From Octopus vulgaris (lineage: Eukaryota), in the NCBI GenBank assembly GCA_951406725.2, contig OX597820.1, positions 29,450,001 through 29,514,000 of the forward strand: a DNA stretch of 64,000 bases, written 5' to 3'. Made by a program: the position numbers and the translations under genes. A model generated the notes under the pieces. That model saw nothing but the letters and a program-made list of their open reading frames with translations. It was not told where the DNA came from and ran no database searches. Below are positions 63,718 to 64,000 of the stretch, one piece after another. How positions within the stretch are numbered: position 1 is the first letter of the stretch; each line of letters begins with the position of its first letter.

Positions 63718-64000
63718 TTGAAGGCACATGGCTCAGTGGTTAGAGCATTGGGCTCAATTGTGAGGTAGTGAGTTTCATTCCCAGTCTAGGCTGTGTTGTG
63801 TTCTTGAGCAAGACACTTTATTTCATGTTGCTCCAGTTCACTCAGCTGTAGAAATGAGTTGTGACATCAATGGTGCCAAGCTGTATCAGCCTTTGCCTTT
63901 CCCTTGGATAGCATCAGTGACATGGAGAGGGGAGGCAGGTATACACGGGTGACGTGCTGGTCTTCCATATACAGTCTTTCCCAGACTTGTGCCTCAGAGG
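63718..64000 (+). mobile_element. SINE-D subfamily copy (inverse of 39875-40197), runs off window
   Basis: gaaggcacatggctcagtggttagagc...cttgagcaagacactttatttcatgttgctccagttcactcagctgtagaaatgag. Confidence 0.8.

Overview
AT-rich, microsatellite- and repeat-saturated metazoan genomic DNA. The tRNA-derived SINE families, RTE LINE tails and dense (AT)n/(AC)n/(ATT)n/(ATC)n tracts point to an octopus (coleoid cephalopod) genome; this is inferred, not database-checked. Almost all ORFs in the supplied track are microsatellite or repeat artefacts. The only convincing host coding sequence is a 90-nt + strand exon (43262-43351, ATKVASTAAKRTKELSLTVNESVIKPTRDK) resembling the ArfGAP1 segment after the ALPS1 motif, so the window is probably two very long introns of an ArfGAP1-like gene. 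The rest is a layered transposon record: at least four SINE families, RTE/CR1 LINE fragments, a gag-protease-only Gypsy element with both LTRs, a 142-bp solo LTR, a Helitron RepHel relic and a 97-bp mini-Helitron, and Tc1/mariner, pogo, hAT, piggyBac-like and Merlin-like MITEs. The most unusual signals are several short relics with hammerhead-ribozyme-like and SECIS-like stem-loops (Penelope/Naiad-like), long foldback hairpins, an inverted SINE pair bracketing the exon, and a strong + strand bias of one SINE family. All coordinates, folds and translations were read by eye.
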